NCBI GenBank assembly: GCA_046725875.1
Contig: JBKOZJ010000186.1
Coordinates: 1-33,666, forward strand
From: Actinomycetota bacterium
GTDB lineage: Bacteria > Actinomycetota > Actinomycetes > JAKEEW01
Length of the DNA stretch: 33,666 nucleotides
Direction: 5' to 3'
Both the position numbers and the translations under genes were made by a program. Numbering within the stretch: position 1 is the stretch's first letter; every line of letters begins with the position of its first letter. The notes under the pieces are model-generated. The model saw only the letters and a program-made list of their open reading frames with translations. It ran no database searches and had not been told where the DNA came from. Positions 28,479-33,666 of this stretch are shown piece after piece.

Positions 28479-28652
28479 TCACACCTCGATGGCTTGGCGC
28501 CGGTTGTAAGTCCCACAGGTCGGGCAGGCCCGATGGGGCAGTCGCAGCTCGCCACACCGCTCGCAGGTGACGAGCGCTGGGCGGGTGGCCTTCCAGTTGG
28601 CCCGCCGGCTGCGCGTGTTGCTGCGCGACACCCTCCGCTTCGGAACGGCCAC
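28479..28652 (-). CDS. rpmF: 50S ribosomal protein L32 (57 aa, Cys4 form)
   Basis: Not in ORF track; hand translation [57 protein letters not shown]. Confidence 0.97.
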   Translation of the reverse strand: MAVPKRRVSRSNTRSRRANWKATRPALVTCERCGELRLPHRACPTCGTYNRRQAIEV

Positions 28653-28654
28653 GG

Positions 28655-29266
28655 CTAGCTCTCTTCCTTCTCGTTTCTGTCAGCCTGCTCTCGCAGCTTC
28701 ATCAGGGCCGCCCACCGAGGGTCGACGGCTTCGTGCTTGTGGCCCGGTTCGCCCCCCAGGCGCGCGCCGCACTCCGGACACAGGCCCGGGCAGTCGTCCC
28801 GGCAGACCGGCTGCAAGGGCAGCGCAAGCACGATCGCGTCGCGGACCACCGGCTCGAGATCGAGCAGGTCGCCCTCGAGCACGTGGTCGTCCTCCGCTGC
28901 AGCGTCGGCGGAGTACGAGTACAGCTCCTGGAATCCCGCCTCGAGCGTGCGCTCTAGCGGGTCGAGGCAGCGGACGCACTCGCCGGCGACCGTCGCCCGC
29001 GCCGTTCCCGACACAAGCACACCTTCGACGACCGATTCCAACCGCAGATCCAGCCGGATCTCGCTCCCCTTGGGGACGCCGGCCACTTCGATAGCAAGAC
29101 CCGCCGGAGCCGGAACAACCCGGGTTAGCCGGCGCATCGACCCTGGTCGGCGACCCAGGTCGTGCGTATCGATCACGATCGGCGCCGGGTCGATCTCGCC
29201 TCTTCGCGGGCTTGTCGGGGAGTGGTCCCCCCGGCCAGCGTTGGCTCTCCTGGATTCTTCGGGCAT
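28655..29266 (-). CDS. DUF177/YceD family protein
   Basis: [37 protein letters not shown]; upstream of rpmF; -10 TAGGCT at 29302-29307. Confidence 0.93.
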   Translation of the reverse strand: MPEESRRANAGRGDHSPTSPRRGEIDPAPIVIDTHDLGRRPGSMRRLTRVVPAPAGLAIEVAGVPKGSEIRLDLRLESVVEGVLVSGTARATVAGECVRCLDPLERTLEAGFQELYSYSADAAAEDDHVLEGDLLDLEPVVRDAIVLALPLQPVCRDDCPGLCPECGARLGGEPGHKHEAVDPRWAALMKLREQADRNEKEES

Positions 29267-29347
29267 AGCGGAGCTTGATCTCGTCGTGAGACCGGAGAGA
29301 CAGCCTACCCGAGCGGCCGGCCGGGACCAAACCGCATAGGCGACCTC

Positions 29348-29869
<522 letters not shown>

Positions 29870-30048
29870 TCACTCTCTGGCCGCAGACTAGTGTGCCGAG
29901 CCGGAAATTCGGTGCATAGATTCGTGGCCAGGTGGATGCATCGCAAGGCCGAGGAGGAGGCCGCTAGCAGCGCTAACGGCGACGACGAGAGCGCAGCGAG
30001 GCGCCGCCTGGCCGCGGAGATATTGCGGCGAATTTGTGGCGAGGGACG

Positions 30049-30633
30049 CTAGTCGCCGGTTGCCGGCGACCCGGTGCGGCGACCATACCAGACCGCGGTC
30101 TCTCCGTACCGGCGGGATCGGTCGGCGCGAAAACCCGCCGGCCAGTCGAAATGCCCGCCGCGGGTCGGGCGCTCCACCACCAGCAATCCATCCTCGGTAA
30201 GCCAGCCGTTCTCGGCCAGCAGCCGGAGCACGTCGCGCAGATCGCCGTCTCCGGTGCGGTACGGCGGGTCCGCCAGGAGGACGTCATAGGACAGGCCGGG
30301 CGGCCGCCCCGACATGATCCGCTCCACCCGGTCCACCACTAGCTCGGCACCCGGTAGGCCAAGTGACGCGATGTTGCTTCGGATCGTCCGCCCGGCGCGA
30401 GCATCCCGCTCGACCAGAAGCACATGTGCCGCCCCCCGGGACAGTGCCTCAAGCCCAAGCGCCCCCGAGCCGGCATAAAGGTCGAGCACCCGAGATCCGC
30501 GCAGCCCACCCCGCATCGCTTCGATTGTCGAAAAGATCGCTTCCCGCACTCGATCGGATGTGGGCCTGACGTCCTCGCCGCGCGGCACGGCCAGCCTCCG
30601 GCCCCGCGCCGCGCCGGCCACGATCCGAGTCAC
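30049..30633 (-). CDS. rsmD: 16S rRNA m2G966 methyltransferase
   Basis: RIVAGAARGRRL, RPTSDRVREAIF, LDLYAGSGALGLEALSRGA, DPPY, RRYGET. Confidence 0.95.
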   Translation of the reverse strand: MTRIVAGAARGRRLAVPRGEDVRPTSDRVREAIFSTIEAMRGGLRGSRVLDLYAGSGALGLEALSRGAAHVLLVERDARAGRTIRSNIASLGLPGAELVVDRVERIMSGRPPGLSYDVLLADPPYRTGDGDLRDVLRLLAENGWLTEDGLLVVERPTRGGHFDWPAGFRADRSRRYGETAVWYGRRTGSPATGD

Positions 30634-30683
30634 CGCCTGGCGGCCTCGGTCAGGGCCGCCAAGGCGCTCGCCTCGTCCGCCAT
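30630..30683 (-). CDS. Putative 17-aa coupling peptide between recG and rsmD (MADEASALAALTEAARR)
   Basis: SD AGGAG overlapping the recG stop, ATG 30683, stop overlaps the rsmD start as GTGA. Confidence 0.35.
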   Translation of the reverse strand: MADEASALAALTEAARR

Positions 30684-30693
30684 CGCCTCGCTC

Positions 30694-32919
30694 CTATGCC
30701 TTATCGATGAAGCCGGCGCGCTCGGGATCGAGCAGCTCGGCGACGGCCGCGGCCAGCTCAGAGTGCCGCTCGAGATCGGGATCGTGATCGACGAGCTCGG
30801 TCGCCTCGACCCGGGCCTGCGTGATGAGGTCCTCGTCGCGTAGCACGGCCAGCATCCGAAGACTGGACCGGCGTCCCGCCTGGGCCGCACCGAGCACGTC
30901 GCCCTCGCGGCGTTGCTCGAGATCCAGCTTGGAGAGCTCGAAACCGTCGTTGGTCGCCGCGACGGCATCCAGCCGCTCCCTAGGCGTGCTCCCATCGACC
31001 GCCTCCGTAACTAGCAGGCAGAGCCCCCGGGCGGCGCCTCGGCCGACTCGACCCCGCAGTTGATGGAGCTGCGCAACCCCAAACCGCTCGGCATCCATGA
31101 TCACCATCGTGGTCGCGCTGGCTACGTCGACGCCCACCTCGATGACCGTGGTAGCAACCAGCACATCGATCTTGCCGGCGGCGAACCGCCGCATGATGTC
31201 GTCCTTGGTCTCGGCTGGAAGGCGGCCGTGGAGCACCTCGATGCGCAGGCCCGCGAGTGGTCCGTCGGCCAGCATCTGCGCCACGTCCAGGACGGCCAGC
31301 GCGGGCCGGCGAGCCGGGAGCTCCGCGAGATCGGCCGGCGCGTCGTCCGCGGCACCCTCCTCCATCTCGACCTCGTCACCGATCCTCGGGCAGACGATGT
31401 AGGCCTGGTTTCCGGTTGCCACCTCCTCGCGCAGCCGCTGCCATGTTCGCTCCAGGAAGGCAGGCTTCTCGACGGCGGGGACGACATGCGTGGCAATCGG
31501 TGCGCGCCCGGCGGGTAGCTCGGCAAGCGTTGACACATCGAGGTCGCCGAAAACGGTCATAGCGACCGTACGCGGTATGGGCGTGGCGGTCATGACGAGC
31601 AGGTGTGGTGGCCGGTCCGCCTTGCCGGTAAGCCTCGCCCGCTGCTCCACACCAAAGCGATGCTGCTCGTCTATGACCACTAGCCCGAGGTCGAAGAACT
31701 GCACGTACTCCTCGAGCAAAGCATGAGTTCCGACGACGATACCGGCGTCGCCCGTGATGATGTCGATCAGCTCGCCCCGCTTGGCGGCGATACGCTGTGA
31801 GCCGGTAAGGAGTGCCACTCTGGTCGCGTTCTCCACTGCGCCGAGCTGGCCACCGAGCGCGAGCGGCCCGAGCAGCTCTGTGATCGATCGGTAATGCTGC
31901 TGCGCCAGCACCTCGGTCGGCGCGAGCAGCGCGGCCTGGGCGCCGGCGTCGACAACGGTCAGCATGGCCCGCAGTGCTACCACGGTCTTGCCCGACCCGA
32001 CCTCCCCCTGGAGGAGGCGCTGCATGGGATACGGGCGGGCAATCTCGGCTGAGAGCTCAGCGGCAACCACCCGCTGCCCGGTTGTGAGGATGAACGGCAG
32101 GCGGGTGTCGAAGGCTGCCAACAGCCCGTCCGGCCGCTCGTGGCGCGGGACGGCGGCCAGTTGCCGGATCCGCGCCCGCCGCCGGGCGAGCTCGACCTGG
32201 AGGATGAACGCCTCCTCCCAGGCGAGCCGGCGCCGCGCCCGTACCCAATCGTCGCGGGTCCGCGGCCGATGGATGAGCTCGAACGCTGTGTAGAGGTCGA
32301 GCAGGCTGTGCCGCGCGCGGACGTCGTCCGGCAGGGGGTCGGCTGCGTCGCCGAGCATGTCCAGCCCCATCGCGACGCATTTGCGGATCTGCCAGGACTG
32401 CAGCTTCGCGGTCGCCGGATAGACCGGGATCAGCTCGTCGAGAAAGGCGATCGCGGCCTGAGTAACCGCCTCCGGGTCCCCGGTGACGCTCTCTTCCGGG
32501 AGCAATTCGTAGTCCGGATGGGCGAGCTGTCGACGGCCACGGAACAGGCCGACCTTCCCCGCGAACAACCCACGCCTACCCGGACGAAGCTGCTGCCTGT
32601 GATAGTGCGTTCGTGCGAAAAAGGCAAGGTCGAGCTCGCCCTGCCCGTCGGTCACAACGACCTCGAGGATCTCGCCGACCCGGCGACCCTGGTTACGGAA
32701 GGTTCGGGTGGGTTTGACCCGCGCCGTGCGAACCTCGGCAAGGACGGTGACGTGCTCGTCCAGCCGCAACGACGACAGTTCGGTCAGCTCCCCACGCTGC
32801 GCATACCGCCTTGGGTAGTGGCGCAACAGGTCTCCCACAGTGTGCAGGTCGAGATTGCCGGCGAGTACCTTGGCGGTGGCGCCGCCGACCAGCTTGGCCA
32901 GGGGATCGGTGAGATCCAC
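30694..32919 (-). CDS. recG: ATP-dependent DNA helicase RecG
   Basis: DLLRHYPRRY, wedge OB fold, QGEVGSGKT, DEQHRFG, MTATPIPRT, QLRGRVGRG, DLEQRREGD; GTG 32919. Confidence 0.97.
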   Translation of the reverse strand: MDLTDPLAKLVGGATAKVLAGNLDLHTVGDLLRHYPRRYAQRGELTELSSLRLDEHVTVLAEVRTARVKPTRTFRNQGRRVGEILEVVVTDGQGELDLAFFARTHYHRQQLRPGRRGLFAGKVGLFRGRRQLAHPDYELLPEESVTGDPEAVTQAAIAFLDELIPVYPATAKLQSWQIRKCVAMGLDMLGDAADPLPDDVRARHSLLDLYTAFELIHRPRTRDDWVRARRRLAWEEAFILQVELARRRARIRQLAAVPRHERPDGLLAAFDTRLPFILTTGQRVVAAELSAEIARPYPMQRLLQGEVGSGKTVVALRAMLTVVDAGAQAALLAPTEVLAQQHYRSITELLGPLALGGQLGAVENATRVALLTGSQRIAAKRGELIDIITGDAGIVVGTHALLEEYVQFFDLGLVVIDEQHRFGVEQRARLTGKADRPPHLLVMTATPIPRTVAMTVFGDLDVSTLAELPAGRAPIATHVVPAVEKPAFLERTWQRLREEVATGNQAYIVCPRIGDEVEMEEGAADDAPADLAELPARRPALAVLDVAQMLADGPLAGLRIEVLHGRLPAETKDDIMRRFAAGKIDVLVATTVIEVGVDVASATTMVIMDAERFGVAQLHQLRGRVGRGAARGLCLLVTEAVDGSTPRERLDAVAATNDGFELSKLDLEQRREGDVLGAAQAGRRSSLRMLAVLRDEDLITQARVEATELVDHDPDLERHSELAAAVAELLDPERAGFIDKA

Positions 32920-32921
32920 GG

Positions 32922-33665
32922 CTACTCCACGCCGATGAGCAGTGGATAGCTGGCCTGCTCCCCGTCGTATACCACGTACTCGATTTCCGGTCGCTGTACG
33001 TGTAGCCGCCGGCAGAGGTACTGACCGAGGCCAGGCGGCGCCGCAACGCCGATTACGAGCGTGACGAGTTCTCCGCCCGCGGCGAGCATCCGATCGAGGA
33101 GCGCGAGCGCTAGGTCCGCCACATCCGAGCCGATCAGCGCGACGTCGCCCTCGATGAGTCCGAGCACATCCCCCGCCCGGCATAGGCCCACGGTGGTGAC
33201 CGCGTCACCTTCGGCGATCGTGACCTCGGCGTGCCTGGCTGCTCCGGCCGCTCCCGACATGGCGATAACGTCGGTGTCAAACTCATGCGCCGGATCATGC
33301 ACCGCCAGCGCTGCGATGGCCTGGACGCACGACCGCGCAGGGATGACGGCGACTCGAACCCCGTCTGCACGGGCCCGCGCGGAGGCCGCTTCGGCCACTG
33401 CGACCGTTGCCTCGCCATCGGCGATGACGACGACTTCGGATGCACCGGCCGCGTTGATGGCCTCGACCACGAGGCCAGTGGCGGGCGGCCGGTCGGGCTC
33501 GTGGCCGACGACCGTAGCACCGGCCCCGTCGAAGACTGATGCCAAGCCAGGCACGGACATGAGGGCAACGACCGCGCGCCGAGCGTCGGCTTCGCGAGCG
33601 GGACGGCTCCGCCGGGGACCACTCTGCGCGGGCCGCGGTTCGGCTGCCTCGCGCAGATTCGTAAT
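32922..33665 (-). CDS. DAK2-domain / fatty acid kinase FakA-like protein (3' part; runs off window end)
   Basis: Frame open to the window edge; AIAALAVHDP, RHAEVTIA, GELVTL, YDGEQASYPLLIGVE C-terminus; usual position upstream of recG. Confidence 0.9.
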   Translation of the reverse strand: MTNLREAAEPRPAQSGPRRSRPAREADARRAVVALMSVPGLASVFDGAGATVVGHEPDRPPATGLVVEAINAAGASEVVVIADGEATVAVAEAASARARADGVRVAVIPARSCVQAIAALAVHDPAHEFDTDVIAMSGAAGAARHAEVTIAEGDAVTTVGLCRAGDVLGLIEGDVALIGSDVADLALALLDRMLAAGGELVTLVIGVAAPPGLGQYLCRRLHVQRPEIEYVVYDGEQASYPLLIGVE

Positions 33666-33666
33666 G

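Overview
High-GC actinobacterial chromosomal core region, nearly all genes on the - strand. Read in the direction of transcription: DAK2 (partial), recG, rsmD, coaD, DUF177, rpmF, rnc, mutM, [CAP protein on +], small coiled-coil gene, smc, HAD, [hypothetical on +], ftsY, ffh, amidohydrolase, rpsP, khpA, rimM, trmD, rplS, two lepB genes, Cys/His-motif hypothetical, rnhB, DUF2469, yraN, comM, dprA, xerC, whiG-type sigma factor, [M23-like protein on +], rpsB, tsf (partial). The order resembles, from recall, the Streptomyces/Frankia-type smc-ffh-rplS-rpsB region. I saw no rRNA, tRNA, CRISPR array, IS element or prophage, and no clearly new multi-gene system. The best leads are non-coding or small: (1) pairs of DnaA-box-like 9-mers spaced exactly 30 bp upstream of both the yraN-comM-dprA operon and the M23-like gene; (2) a GTnAC-n6-GTnAC site inside a dyad abutting the -35 of the small gene before smc; (3) a 17-codon ORF with its own SD and a hairpin that appears to couple recG to rsmD; (4) a whiG start overlapping the xerC stop; (5) two uncharacterised inserted genes; (6) local absence of sepIVA, acylphosphatase and amtB-glnK-glnD. 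Calls come from visual motif recognition only; no searches were run.
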